This document shows positions 35,279 through 49,358 of a DNA stretch of 64,000 nucleotides, piece by piece. The notes below the pieces were generated by a model. That model was given only the letters and a program-made list of their open reading frames with translations, did no database searches and was not told the DNA's origin. The stretch covers positions 1,426,001 to 1,490,000 of the forward strand of contig MU008160.1 in the NCBI GenBank assembly GCA_010909165.1. Direction: 5' to 3'. A program made the position numbers and the translations under genes. The stretch is from Anthoceros angustus (taxonomy: Eukaryota; Plantae; Anthocerotophyta). Within the stretch, counting starts at the first letter, position 1, and the number at the start of each line of letters is the position of its first letter.

Positions 35279-38200
35279 TGTGGAATGGGTTTTGCATCCG
35301 AAGGCGCAAAGAGGCCACATTTACCCTCTATGTCGTTATAGTCCTAGGATTCGATCCCAAGGGAATGGTGTTGTGTCAAGGTGTGCTAAATCTATGGATT
35401 CTAGACCTACCCGTCGCTCACTACCCCACCTTCTCCGGCTACCACCAAACCCACCATGGTAGACTCGGCCACCGCGTGGCGGTTACATGGCGGGTCCCAC
35501 CAAGCCCGCCTTTCGAGTCTATCACCGGCTTCTCTAACACGGACCTAGGGGCTATGGGCGGACACCTATATCGCCTCACCTTACGGAATTCTGCGATTCC
35601 ACCACACGCTTCCTCCCCTACGCGTTTCCGATTTTCCCTCACGCTCTCACAATCCCTCCCAGTAGCACACAACTACCCCTCAGGAACCTTTCCCTTCCCA
35701 ATGAACTCTCCCTCGTCTCACGGGCCCCCTTGGGCCACACAGACCCTCCTTGGGCCACACACCCCTCTCATGGAATGAACACAGTGGCGGCGGTTGGAAA
35801 GAGGATCGGGAAAACCCGGTCGGTGCTTGGGCGATTCGCCTTCCGGATTCCGCCTCGGCCGTCGGCAATCCTACCTCTTTTCCGTGGCGCGCCTTCCGTT
35901 ACCCAGGCGTGGAGCTTGGCCACTCCGCTCTCGACCATCCGAGATCTTCCGGCCTTCTTGTGACGAAGGCGGTGCGAACCCGTTTGATCTTGACGGACGT
36001 CTCCAATCAACCCCACTCGGCGGTTCGATACGGAAGTTCACACAATCGTCGCCTTGAGAGACACCCAAAGGGTCTCTTATACATCTGGTGTGGTCCAACA
36101 CGACTCACTTCTCTTTAGTGTCTAAAATTGTAGCTCCTACCACGGCGCCTTACCAATCTAAGCAACATGACTCTGGTGATGGAACTCCCTATCCTCGCTT
36201 TGAAAAACCCGGTCCTAGGCTATCGCGACTCCCTAAAATCAGCTGCCGCCTCGCGATTCTTGCCTCGCCCCTCGGCCCATGGGGACCCCTCTCGCTCTTG
36301 ACCTCGCCTGATCCGCGATTTTCCCCACAACCTCCACCTCGCTCTCACTCCTGAATTTCCCTCGCGCCTTCCGCGGACGTTGCCTTTGTACCTCTATGTC
36401 CATTGTCCGCTCCTCCTCATTTGGACAACCATACTGTGCTCCTCCCTCCATGCTCGCTGCGCCTCGCTCATCTCTTCCGGCACCACTTGCGGAGGATAGG
36501 CGCCCGCTCCTACTCGAAGGAACCAGTAGCGCTGTGGCGGTCAAGATGTCTGACCGGTGGTTTACGCCCCTCTGTCCCAACAACCACATACACGTTTAGA
36601 GTGAGCACCGCTCACCATGCGGCGGGGACATGAGCATCCTCATCCGGACGCCGTAGCTGTCGCCCTTGATACGGTCCTTACCCTCTCCTCCGTGGACAAT
36701 CCACAGGCGGCTGTTGATTCTCCGGGATCATCCCTCCATCTGCGACACTCCGTCGGTGACTTCCCCACCTCGGTTCCCGTTCCACGGTGGCTGGTTTAGC
36801 CACCGTGGTGGTTCTTGACTCTGCGGTGGTTGTTGCTCGGCCTTTCTTGGTTTGGCCACCTCTCTCTTGACTCGGCCCTAACCCGTCTCTTTCCGCTTGT
36901 ACCTCTCCGACTTCTTGAATTTCTCCAAGGCGCCATCGCTTCCACACTCTGGACTCGCGAGACCTCATCACAGCTCTTCAATTGTAGCATCGCCCCTTGA
37001 CTGATTTACTAAAGCTTCTGAGTGGACATGTCCCTCGCTCCTGTGCCTTGCATAAGGCCGCCGCACTCCGTCTGCGCTCCTCGGCCTTGCTCTCGCCTTC
37101 GGGCTCTCCAACTTCTCCTTGAGCAACTTCTCCTGTTGGCCTTGCACACTCGGCCAAGTGAGAGCCATGGGCTTGATCGAGGAGATCCTGCGTCGTGCCA
37201 TGGCGAAGTCAAACCACCGCAAATCCCCAAATTGGGCTGTCCCTTGCCCATCCGCCTCCACAACAATTCTCGTGTCGGTGTCTCCTATCCCCACCTCGGT
37301 AGGACGGTTCGGTGAAATGTCGCCAAAAATGTCCGGAGCTCGTTGCGGTCTCGGCGAAGTTAACCCCTCCTCTCCTAGGGGTTGGTGCCTTGCCTCTTCC
37401 CCGCATTCTCCCCTAGCGGCGTTCATCCCTGCACACAGGAGGGAGCAACTTGCCATTTCCCCTTTACTTTCTCCTCCTTTACCCGCGTTCCTGCTGCCGT
37501 CTTCGACCTGGTGACCCTGGGTGTGGCTGTGGGTTCCTCCTCTGCTGGTGCCTCCCTTCTTCGCCGATCCCCGTTCGACCGTTGCCGCCCTTCGCTTCTT
37601 ACCCTTGGAAACTTCCCCACCCTCTTCCGAACCTTCCAGGGAAGCGCACTCCCAACTGCTGGAATCCTTGCCCGAATCCTCCTTCAATTCCTCCTCTTCT
37701 ACCTTGAGTTCCGGCCGGCTTCCAACCATGCAGGCGGACGACTTCAACTCGTTAAACACCGGAATGCAAATACATGAATCGAGAAAAGGCGAAATCAAGG
37801 AGGGCCGAGGGAAGAAAGTAAATTCGCCTTCTCCTCACAGGCTCTTTCGAAAATCATCCTCCCCAATCAATTTGTGTACCCTTGACCACCTCGTGAAGAA
37901 AAACCAAGAAGTGATCCGCCATATGATCCGGCTTAGGTTACAGGAAACACAAAATCCATTTGGCCAATCCCACCAGTGCAGACACGAGTTGGCGAGTCAC
38001 CCGACCATTGTTCACTCTCACTTCCCAGGCTTCATGGCGCGGCCTGCTTTCAAGGTCTTCTTTCAGGGTCAATCACCAAGCTCCCATCCTCGATGCTTCT
38101 CGCCCATACCTTTGCTCGAAGAGGCCAAATCCAGTTCTGCGGCCTTTTCCTCGCGTCACCCTCTTGCGACTTGGTCCTTAATTGCGGGCGCACTCTTGCA

Positions 38201-40043
38201 CCAATGCGGTACGTAGCACCATTTCTTCTCCATGAACTTGACCCGGCTCACGCACGGTGCCGGCTCTCACTTTCCGATGGTCCATGTTGGGCCGCTGCGT
38301 CTGCCATGGCGAAGTCAAACCAAATCCCCAAATTGGGCTGTCCCTTGCCCATCCGCCTCCACAACAATTCTCGTGTCGGCGGTGTCTCCTATCCCCACCT
38401 CGGTAGGACGGTTCGGTGAAATGTCGCCAAAAATGTGTCCGGAGCTCGTTGCGGTCTCGGAAGTTAACCCCTCCTCTCCTAGGGGTTGATGCCTTGCCTC
38501 TTCCCGCTTCATTCTCCCCTAGCGGCGTTCATCCCTGCACAGGAGGGAGCAACTTGCCATTTCCCTTTATTTTCTCCTCCTTTACCGCGTTCTGCTGCGT
38601 CTTGACTGGTGACCACAGGTGTGGCTGTGGGTTCCTCCTCTCCTAGGGGTTGGTGCCTCCCCTTTTCGCCGATCCCCGTTCGTTGCCGCCCTTCGCTTCT
38701 TACCCTTGGAAACTTCCCCACCCTCTTAGAACCTTCGAGCGCACTCCCAAGCTGGAATCCTTGCGAATCCTCCTTCAATTCCTCCTCTTCTACCTTGAGT
38801 TCCGCCGGCTTCCAACCATGCAGGCGGACCGACTTCAACTCAGTTAAACACGGAATGCGCAAATACATGAATCGAAAAGCGAAATCAAGGAGGGCCGAGG
38901 GAAGAGAGAGTAAATTCGCCTTCTCCTCAGGCTCTTTGAAAATCATCCTCCCCAATCAATTTGTGTACCCTTGACCACCTCGTGAAGAAAAACCAAGAAG
39001 TGATCCGCCATATGATCCGACTTAGGTTACGTAGGAAACACAAAATCCATTTGGCCAATCCATTTGACACGAGTTGGCGAGTCACCCATTGTTCACTCTC
39101 ACTTCCCGAGGCTTCATGGCGCGGCCTGCGGCTTTCAAGGTCTTCTTTGGGGTCAATCACCAAGCTCCCATCCTCGATGCTTCGCCCGCTCGAAGAGGCC
39201 AAATCCAGTTCTGCGGCCTTTTCCTCGCGTCACCCTCTTGCGACTTGGTCCTTAATTGCGGGCGCACTCTTGCACCAATGCATCGTAGCACCATTTCTTC
39301 TCCATGAACTTGACCAGCTCCTGCACGGTGCCGGCTCTCACTTTCCGATGGTCCATGTTGGGCCCTGCGTGAGTGAGATTTCGGCCGCTCGGGCGCCATC
39401 TCCTTCTCTCGTTGTTTCCCAAAACAAAACCTCGACTACCTGCGGATCAGTCGGAAGAGAAAAAAAAAATCGAGCCGCCCTCGCGCTCCTTCCACGCCTC
39501 CTCGCGAACTTGCGCCGCGATTCTCTCCTCCGCCGCCGCCGCTCACGATCGTCGCGCGCCTTCCTCCTGCAGTGAGGCGGTGATTTGGCTGGCGTGGTAT
39601 GCCGCGCCCCTCTTCTGCGCTCCGCTCATTGCCCCTCACGGAAAGTCGCGACCTCAGTCTTGGGTGTGCCCTTCTCCCGATTGCGCTCCGTGGTAGTCCC
39701 GCTCCGCCACTAGGGTTGTAAATTCCCACAGTGCATGCGTCCGTTTCGGCCACCGTGGTGGAACTAGCCACCACCCTTGACTACACTGGCGGCATATTGT
39801 GAGCATCCCTAGCATATATAGACACCTTTTATTCTAAAATTCCCAATACCCAAGGACTCTATTTCTACCCCACCTCGGGGTCAAACCTAAGGGTCGAAAA
39901 ATTATTATTATCTCCAAGGGCCAAGGACCATTCCGTATAAAAGACGACTCGACGATTCTCAAAGCACTGCTATTCTAACATCAAAACAAAAAAATCGTTC
40001 ATCGACACTTGAGGCGGGGTTAGTGCACATGTGGTCTTCCACA
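35279..40043 (-). repeat. Element A 3' LTR (~3.7 kb without the internal duplication), containing a long ORF
   Basis: Starts TGTGGAA two nt after the PPT and ends TTCCACA before TTTTGGCGC (7-bp terminal inverted repeat). TATA GTATAAGAG at 36074-36082. ORF starts ATGGCGCCC at 39399. Confidence 0.8.
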
Positions 40044-40077
40044 TACTCCCTTCTCATTTGTTGGCGTCCTCGCCAAC

Positions 40078-43000
40078 TTATTGGTAATATTTCTTGACCC
40101 GCCAACCGTTGGCGTTGGCAGTGGTGCACTCTTGAGTTGAATTGATCCGTTGTCGAAAACTTAAAACTACGAAGGGCCCCATCCATCGAGATGTAATTTA
40201 CGGAAAATGCATGTATCGGTTATCATATAGTAAAGCGGATCCCGGGAACAACGTATTCTTGGCTTCAATCTCTTGTCGTGCCACTCCTTCCTCCTTCTTT
40301 GGACATCCCGCATAACTTGGAGGCTTGTTCTCTGTCCTCCGTGTGTCGTCTGAAACCCACCAACCTTTCCAAGACTTTCCTCCACGGCATTCGACTTGGT
40401 TCCTGTATTCTCGGGGTGGGAACTTGAATTCTATTGGCATATGACGAATGCCGTAAGTAAGATAATACGGGTTTCTTTGCGTTGTCACTTTTCCATGATC
40501 CAGTGCACAGTCTTGAATGCGATTTCATATCGATCCCGCATAGGCGGTGAGTTTGGTTAGGATCTTGCACAACAAGCCATTTGCCTTTCCGTGATTGGCT
40601 TTTGGGTTATAAGGCGTGGACTTCACTGGCGGCGTTGAAGTGGTTGGTCATGTTGGAGATTACACGATTGAAATGTGTTCCTCTGTCCGGCTCCGGTAGC
40701 GCCATATCGGTGATGATTTGCTCGAGCAGAATCGCGGCGTGCGCGAATCTACCGGCACATGCTTCTACCATCCGTCTGCATGGCCACGGGATGTATTGGT
40801 TTTGGCGAGCCTTGGTTTTGTGGATAGGACCGACAAAATCGATTCCCCATTTCTCGAATGGTGCGGTGCAAGTATGGGGACAAGGGGCCATTGGGTTGTT
40901 CTTTGTTGGCTTGCCGACCCTTTGGCAAGCGTCACGGCTTCACGAACTCCTTGGCATCCTTGTACATTGTAGGCCACCAATAGCCGACCTCAAAATTTTC
41001 CGCATGTGACATGCGGCATAATGACCTCCGCCTCTTCTTCGTGTAAAGAGCTCGGGACTCGCTCACACCTTGATGCGTACCCATAACCGCTCCCCGTCCG
41101 GATGACTCGGTATAAATTCATATTGTGCCGTGTAGAATGGTGGAGTAGTGGAATGACGCTTTGAATCATGTCTTGGAAAATGTGGAGGAATTTGGCTGTG
41201 CCAAGATAATCGTATATCTCACGATATGTTGGTCTTAAGCCACCCTCCCTTCTCAATCGATCTTGGCTCCCTCCTTCCGGAGGCTTCACTCGTTGGTTTG
41301 CAACTCCTATGACAGTGTCTCATCGGGAAAGTCGTCTTCTGGTCCTTTCCACCTTCCTGTTTTCAATCGAGATATGAAGTCGGCATTGATATGCTTCCTA
41401 CCTCTCTCGTTTCCTTTGTGAAGGTAAACTCACAGCGGCAAGATCCGGTATCGTCCGAAAGGTCGAGTTTATTCACAAGGTGTTTCAAGGCAAAGTGGTC
41501 AACATGGAACACAAATTCATACGAGAGGAGGTAGTGTCGAATTTCGACCGAGTAAACCATTCCCGATTGCTTGGCGCTCCGTGGTGGTATACTTTCGCTC
41601 GCGTCCGTTAGTTGTCTCGGCATAGTAGATCGGAAAATCCTTCTTCTTCTCATCCGGCTAAGGGTACCCAATTGCAAATCTTTGAAACATCAGCAGCGTG
41701 GAACTTCTTACTCGATCCGGTCCTTTAGCGTGGGGCTGTCGATGTAATGCGTAAGTCACGAAATGCTTCCTCCGTTCGTCCACTCCACTCCGATCCTTCC
41801 TTAACAAGCTCGTTAGTGGGGCGGCCGCTTGGCGAAATTTGGAGCAAGCGTCTATAATATCCGATTCCCGGAACCCGGAGTTCCTTTAGCGTTATTGGTG
41901 CTCTAAGGGTGGCGATGACCTTTACCTTGTCCGGATCTACTTCTATACCTCGGCTTGAAAATTCGATGCAGAATTCCTCGACATGCAGTAGCACTTTTAC
42001 GGATGCGGCATAATTGCGTGGCTCGGCTCCGAACGGTGCGGCGGATGGTCCCAGACCCGAATCACAGTCGTCGGAAAACTTCCATAAAGTCGCGGAGGAA
42101 GTCCTTGAAAATTTTGACGATGGCTCGCATGAAGGACCCAGTGCTCCGTCAACCCCGTGCGCTGCGCTTGTAAGCATATGTCCCCAGTCGGTTGTAAAAG
42201 CGGTGAGGCCAATCGCTCTCCCTAAGGTGCGGTGATTATACCCAGTACCGTCTAGGAATGAATCGCCATTACACTGCGACGGATCCGAGGATATTATCGA
42301 TGAAGGGTAGCGGAAAGTGATCCTTCTTGGTGACCTTATTCAACCTTCTCCGATCCGACAAACTCGGATTTTGCACAGGCGCCTCTTAGTACTACCACTA
42401 TTGGAGCCACCCATTCGGTATTGACTATAGGATAGATCACGTCGCCTTGAGGTACATCTCCAAGCGATCCTTTACCTTGAGGAGTACTTGGATTTAACTT
42501 GTCTTGTGGAATCCTTGGGATTGCTCACGGTTCCGAGTCAATCCTATGCTCGCCCATTCTTTGGGGATCCCTTCATGTCTGTCCTCGGCGAAAACATCGA
42601 TGAATTACGCAGCGGTTGCTTCATTCCTTCCTCCAACGCCGCATCCATTGTTACGGAGAATTTGAGCACCTTCCGGAAGAACCTCAACGTCCTTGACTTC
42701 ATCGGCTGTACCACTCGCGCTCTCGGTGCGGTGCTAACCCCGAATCCTTCTTACGGCTCCCGGTTCCTCTTCTCTCATGCCCCATTCCCTAAACAAATCC
42801 TCCGGCGTGAGCTGCGTGGCGCCTCCTCCGCTTTCTCCACTGCTTTTAGAATCCGCGGACCCCTTCCGGAGCATTCGGCGGTTACCCGTAACGACCCTCG
42901 GGTTAATTGTATATGGGATATCTCTGCGGTAGTCCGCTCCTCATCGACCATGAGATGTGCGAGCAGGAACCTATCTTCCTCTTGCATCTCCCGGACGTGT

Positions 43001-44470
43001 CCTCTGCCGAGTGTACCCTTACATTTGATTGGAGTTTCACCGCATACATGTCCTTACTCCACGATAGGCACATCCTTCCCTCCTTGGTCTTGGGATCCCA
43101 TTCCAGCGGTTTAAAACCGACTTCCTTCCGCCCACTTGGCGTGCATTGCGATCGTACATCCATGTTCGGCCAATTAGGACGTCGTGCCACAGCGATTTTC
43201 TTTGGATGACTACATAATCCATCAAGTAGGGATGGTTCCAATGGTCGTTAGCACCCTGTCGGTTCCCCACGGCACCATTACGGACATGTCGGCTAGCCTC
43301 AAAACCTTGGTAGTATGTTCAATATCCAAGCCCAATTTCCTAGCCGTGTCTTACGTCATAATATTTACACCGTGTCGAGAGGCACTCCTTTGATGACACA
43401 TCCGAAATTTCCACAGGTTGGTGGGCCTTGATCCACCATGGATACCAAGTTCACATGGCGGCGAAATTTGGTATAGGAACATTGCGCCTCTTTTGGGTTG
43501 CGCCTCTTTTAACGCCCTCGATCATTGCCTATACTGGATTGTCTCGGAGGAGTTGTCGAATGTGATCATGAAATGTTGGTCCATGATGGCCTCGGCGAGA
43601 TTGAAAGAAGCGGTGGCCGCGACCTTGCCATCCGAGTTTGGTTGGTTGTGGGTTCCGGTTCGTCATGACTTGGGATGCGGTGGCCCTTCCGGTGGGGTGG
43701 TGGACTCCCACAGGGTGGTGGAAATCGACACCCCCCCTTTTCCCCGTAGCCTCCTTGCCAATTCTTCTTGTATCATATCCATGACTTCGCCCGTCGTCCG
43801 GTGGAAACCCTAACTCGGTTCGGTAACTTTCTCGAAATCGGTAGGGTTCCACCCCTTCTCGTGACCCTTCATTCACCTTTCCGCCCATTGGAACACTCAA
43901 TGTCTCATGCATCACTCTTTTGCACATATGGTCCATCCAGCCAAGTCACTGCGGGACTTGTTTTTTAAATCTTTGGCGTTCCGGTGTTGGTATTTCCCCA
44001 TGGTGGCGACACTCTCTCCCTCATCGATCCGTGGTCGTATCCGCCTCCTTTCTTCTTTTCCCCATCGCCTCTCTTTTGCTTTTGTGCTCCTTGTTCTATG
44101 ACCATGGCGGAGGCTTCCCCATAATAATCGCTTCTCTCTAATCCTCAAGCTCCTCGGGGTTCCAATCTCGGCATCCTCCCATACCGCCATAAGTCGTCCT
44201 CAACATGCATGGCGGACCGGACTTGGGTTTGGTCGGTGAACTCACGGGTGGGCTGCGCGATCCTCACCGTCTTTACGGGGCTTTGGCGAGCACACTTCCG
44301 CCAAATGCCCTGCTTGCTACAATCTTGACATAGTTTATCAAAATCTCCATTGCCTTGTGAGTTGGATAAGGCAATGTCGCATAGTGTCAAGGTTGCATTG
44401 TAGCACAACCGGTGCCCATTGGATTGTTACCACTTGGTGATTCTGACGCCTACCCAAGTGGAGTTCGTAG
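40078..44470 (-). pseudogene. Element A gag C-terminus and pol (CCHC, protease, RT, RNase H, integrase), heavily frameshifted
   Basis: CQDCSKQGHLAEVC; GVNIMT.DTARKLGL; RH FHVDHFALKHLVNK; INT WPTMYKDAKEFVK..PFEKWGIDFVGP; terminal SRWMGPFVV..NGWRVKKYYQ-stop. Confidence 0.85.
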
Positions 44471-47400
44471 TGTGGGTGATTTCTAAACCAAGTGGTCACA
44501 AGAGGCCACATTTACCCTCTTTATCGTTGTAGACTTGAGATTCGTACCCAAGGGAGTGATTTCGTGTCAAGACAACCAAAACATAGCCAATCCAACCAAA
44601 ACACGGACATACAAAACATCTAGCGACTCTGAGACCAAGCTACTATCCTAACAACACTCGGACACATGGCTATCTTAGCCACGCGACCTGTTGCTACCTT
44701 AGCAGCAGACGCCAGTTGCTATCTTAGCAACCACCCTCTATTTTAGTAGGCGGGGCCCATCTCGGGTTCGGGCACAGCTATTAATAGAAGGTGGGGGCCC
44801 ACTTGGGGTCCAAGTGGGTAAGATTGGACACCCTCTCTCTTATCCTTCCACAAAGTCGAGATCCACCAATCGAGTTACCGATCACACACCTCCTGCAGTA
44901 GCGCTTCCCGGATCTCTCTTTCTTCCCTCAACCTTTCAGCTTTCCTCCCAAGCTTCATACAGTCCTCCCAGGCTCTCACGGCTCACAGGTACCTCTTGCC
45001 TCTCTCTCCATACTCCCCAAGTTTCTCTGCAACCCCTTCCGCTCCTTGTTCTCACACCTCACGGCCTCATTCAATCTCCACTTTCTCGGCCAAACATCAC
45101 TTACAGTCTTCTCCAATCCCTCTTACTTCTCTCACAGCCAATCAACTCTCCATGTCCGGCATTTCCACTCCTCTCACAGTTCACTTTTGCTCACATTTTC
45201 CAAGCATACAAACCCAGTTCCGTCTCACTTGACCTTCTCTTCCACCCACACGGGCTCCCGCCTTGTCTCCTTTTCCCACATGACCTCCGACACCACAGAA
45301 AAACTCAAACACAAGGTGAGTACTAGACAAGTGAAGGGAATGAGTAAGGAATGGGCCTCCCGGCTTCACAACCCCTTCCTCTTATCCTTGGGAACTCCCC
45401 AAGGAGACCACAGTTCCCTCCTTGCTTTCCACCACTCTTGCGGATCTGGTCACACGGATCTGGGCAACAGTAGTCTTCTCGGCTCCTCACAGCGCGGAGA
45501 AGCAGTGCCTAGACTCAGCTTGGGGTCAGTACCCCAAACCCCGTGCTCAAACACCGAGACTTTAGGCCAACATTGCTTGCATTTCATCAAGAGGCTGCCT
45601 CTTATACCCAAGATCGCCCACAAAAGTAGCTTGGCTACTTGCCAAAATACCAATCGGTCTTAGCCTACCAATCCTAGAGGCCTATCTCTTAATTCTATCC
45701 ACTATGAGGAAGATCAGTCTATAACACATGGGCCTTCATCTATTTGAGGCCACCCTATTATCCCTCACAGGCCTCCTAGGCCGCCTAGCCCATGTTCTCC
45801 TCTTGCTCTTCGCCCTCTTGGCTGGTTGGGCAATCTCTCCCACAAAATCTCCACTTCCTCAGCTGGACTCTTCCCTCTCTTGTGCTCGCCGCATGGTACT
45901 CCTCCTCGGTGAGCTCTTGAATCCTGGATGGGTCGGTGAAAGTCTCCTCCGTGAGTCCAACCCATAGGTAGGATCCGGTGCCGTCAAGGCATGGATCAAG
46001 TACCTCCATGTCCCTCCGCTCCCCGGCTTTTGTCCTCCTCACGATCTTGATTGCCTTTCTTCCATTTAGTGGCTTTGGTCTTGGAGCTTACAGTTGTTGC
46101 TTCCCTTAGCAGTGCAGGCTTGCTTCCCTAGCAACGGCTTCGGTTGCTTGCATTTCATCAAGAGGCTGCCTCTTATACCCAAGATCGACCCACAAAAGTA
46201 GCTGCTTGCCAAAATACCAATCGGTCCTAGCCTACCCGTCCTAGAGGCCTATCTCTTAATTCTATCCACTATGAGGAAGATCGATCTATAACACATGGGC
46301 CTTCATCTATTTGAGCCACTTACCCTATTATCCCTCCACAGGCCTCCTAGGCCGCCTAGGCCATGTTCTCCTCTTGCTCTTCGCCCTCTTGGCTGGTTGG
46401 GCAATCTCTCCCACAAAATCTCCACTTCCTCGAGCTGGACTCTTCCCTCTCTTGTGCTCGCCGCATAGCCTAGTACTCCTCCTCGGTGAGCTCTTGAATC
46501 CTGGATGGGTCGGTGAAAGTCTCCTCCGTAGAGTCCAACCCATAGGTAGGATCCGGTGCCGTCAAGGCATGGATCAAGTACCTCCATGTCCCTCCGCTCC
46601 CCGCTTTGTTTGTCCTCCCCCTCCAGTCTTACTGCCCTTTCTTCCTTCTGGCTTTGGTCTTGGAGCTTATTCTGATTGTTGCTTCCCTAGCAGTGCAGGC
46701 TGTTGCTTCCCTAACAGCGGCTTGATTGCTTAGCAACCTCCTCCATTGCTTCGACCTTGATTCTTCCATAGAGCCTCTGCCTCTTCCACGGTGGCCCTCC
46801 TTGCAATCCACAGCCCTCTTGGCCTCCTTCCACCTTTCCTAGCCTCGTCCCTCTCCTTCTGGCGCTCGGCGAGGCATCCGAGGTTTCGGCTGCACTTGTG
46901 CATCGAAATAACATTACGCAGCTCTCCTATGGTGCTCGTGTGTCGGAGGCGAGCCATGAGGCTTCTGGTCCTTAGACTTGCAACTCCTCTCGGACCTTCC
47001 CTATTTCCACTTCCAAGGCTTGGCGTCCCTCCAAAACCTCCTTCTCCTTCTTCATCTTGGAGCTCCTCCATTTGCTCCTGTTGCTTCCTTCTGCTGTAAA
47101 CCTAACAAGGAGAGGACGAGCTATCGATCTTCCATCTAGCCACAGTGCGTGCCATGAAACCAACTCACGAGGGTGATGTTAGGTCCCGGACCTTCTTGGG
47201 AATGGGCTCCCTCCTTCCTGTCATGGTGGCCGCCCCTGTCACAACTTCCGGGTATACTTGAAAGCCACCCGTTGAGCAGTGTACTTTCTCGGATCACTCG
47301 GCATGCCCAAGGGTTGGTGATTCCTCTGTTGACTGTGGTTTCCCACAGGCTCTGGGATATTGGTCTTTGCCAGCCTTGCCCTTGTCTTGCTTCATCGGGT

Positions 47401-49358
47401 AGCTCCCGTCGCGCTCTTGTGGCTCTAGGTGTTGTTGGAGTCCCCGTTGCTCCCCGGCTCCTCTTGGTACTGTTGGGGCCTTAGCAAGCTGATTGCCTTG
47501 TTAACAAGTGCTACCTTAGCCAGTCACATTCCTTTTCATGGACACTTGGACTTCTCACCTTCACTCCCGGTGCCACGGAGATGGCCTCTTCCTCAGACTC
47601 CTCTTTGGGCTTCCTTCTTTCAAACACGGCCTCCAGAAATGAAAGGTGAGACCATCTCCATTCCCTCCGGCAACTTTGGCATGGTCAAAACGTGGATTAA
47701 GAAGGAGATAGAGGTGAGGGGCTAGGTGATGGTAGGGTCAAGTGGTCCCTCTCACACTGTTGTGTCATAGAACATCTGGCCCAATCTATCTTGGACCCTC
47801 TCACCACCTCATAGAAAGACAAGGAAATGGTCGCAATGTGCTCCGCTTCTTAGTGAGGTGAGAGCAGGATCACTGGCTAATCCGGCCATTTCGAGGTCTA
47901 GCTTGTTGGTGACCCAGCCATTCTCCACTCTAGACAATGTAATGTGAGCTTGTGCCTCCTGCGGACTTTTGAGGAGATGGTTTCTGAAAGGGTCAATGAT
48001 TATCCGCCACATTCCTCTTGGTCTCTCATAACGGCCGGAGCAATTTGAATATTCCAGTGCGGGGTTGGTCCTCACGTTGCCTTCCCCAATGGCCTTCTCC
48101 CTCATCGCTCTGCACTCCAAAACCAACGTGGGGCTATTGTAGCACCACTTTTTGTCCATGAAGGACGGTGATGCTTAGCCACTAAAGACCGCCTTCACTC
48201 TCCGATTGCCCCATATTGGGCCATTGGGCGGTAATAGCCTCAATGGCGAGGAGGTTCTTCTTAGGTGCCATGCTCACTGTCCTATGACACAAGCTTAGAG
48301 CTTCACGAGCAAAGGTGTCCGGCTACCGTCTATGCTTCCGGCCGTTTTACGTGTTGAGCTTGACACCCGGCTCCTCTGCGGAATTGGGCCCGATACACCT
48401 CGCCTCGGCTCGGGCGATCGGCTGTCCGGCCTACCTCGGTTGTATGAGGCTTGGAGGTGTATCCTGCAACCACGGTTGAGCGGCGACCCTAGTGCGCTTT
48501 GTCTTGCCCCGCGACCTCCAGTGCGTGCCTCGATTCTGGCTGCCCGTTGCACACTTCTCTTTTCTGCGGGACGGTTCCCGGCCCCCTTCACAGCCTATCA
48601 GGCTTGCCCCACTCTTGTTAGCTTCTGCGGCACGGTCGCCACACGCCGCCCGCCTAGCCTTCTCCGGAGTTGCACGCCCGATTACTCCCCACTCGCGGTG
48701 GGCGATTTCTGGCGCCCGGCTGCCTCCCATTGCCCAGCCGCACAGGCGTTCTCCACCAGACCTTCATTCGCCGCCTCAGCCTGGGGTCTTGCCTCCGGTT
48801 TGCGCTCCGCTTCCTCCGGCCCCTCTCAATCCTGCCAAACCGGTTTGGTCTCTGCTGGCGCTCGTTCTGTTGGACTTCACGATCATTGCGACACCTCGCC
48901 TTGCATCCGTCCGGCGTTCGCTCCGGCCTCCACCCGTCGCGCTCGAATTCCGGTAGCGCGGCGCCGTCTTCGATCACTTTTGGATTCGATGCAAATACTC
49001 TTCCACGGACTTAATTGCCAATAGGACCCCGTTACTTCCGTTTGGGTATTCCTTGTGATTCCATCGATTGGATTTTCGAAGTCATCGAAAGAAACTCCAA
49101 CTTGGTTGCTACCATAGCAGGCTCCGTCGGTTGTGGTCATAGCGACACAACGGCCCTAACAGCCGCGTTAGCAACGGTCGAGACCAACCCTCAGGGTTAC
49201 ATCCGGGATCGGGACTAGACTCTCTTCCTCCTACTAGGCTCTAGTAGACTTTTCTTTATTTCCTAACCTACTTCATTCCAACTCCACACGATTCTCATAA
49301 CTTAAACACAAAACAAAAAACACTCCTTTCAAGTCTAGTCTTGATGTGGTCACCACCA
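44471..49358 (-). mobile_element. Solo LTR B (related subfamily) inserted in gag of element A, containing the LTR ORF
   Basis: TG...CA ends, flanks CGTAG/CGTGG (4/5 TSD), start homologous to the LTR-A start, conserved 3' motif at 44500-44571 and TATA at 45599-45607. ORF runs from 48271 (MAPKKNLL) to ~46730. No PBS, gag or pol inside. Confidence 0.75.

Noticed and set aside
36400-39399. Ordinary internal env-like ORF between pol and the 3' LTR
   Set aside because: The PPT, the TG start and the terminal inverted repeat lie upstream of the ORF, and the ORF is also present in the 5' LTR and in solo LTR B. No transmembrane segment was noticed.
44413-49201. Alternative B boundaries with ACCGG/TCCGG flanks
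   Set aside because: These ends are not at positions homologous to the A and Z termini, whereas 44471-49358 are.
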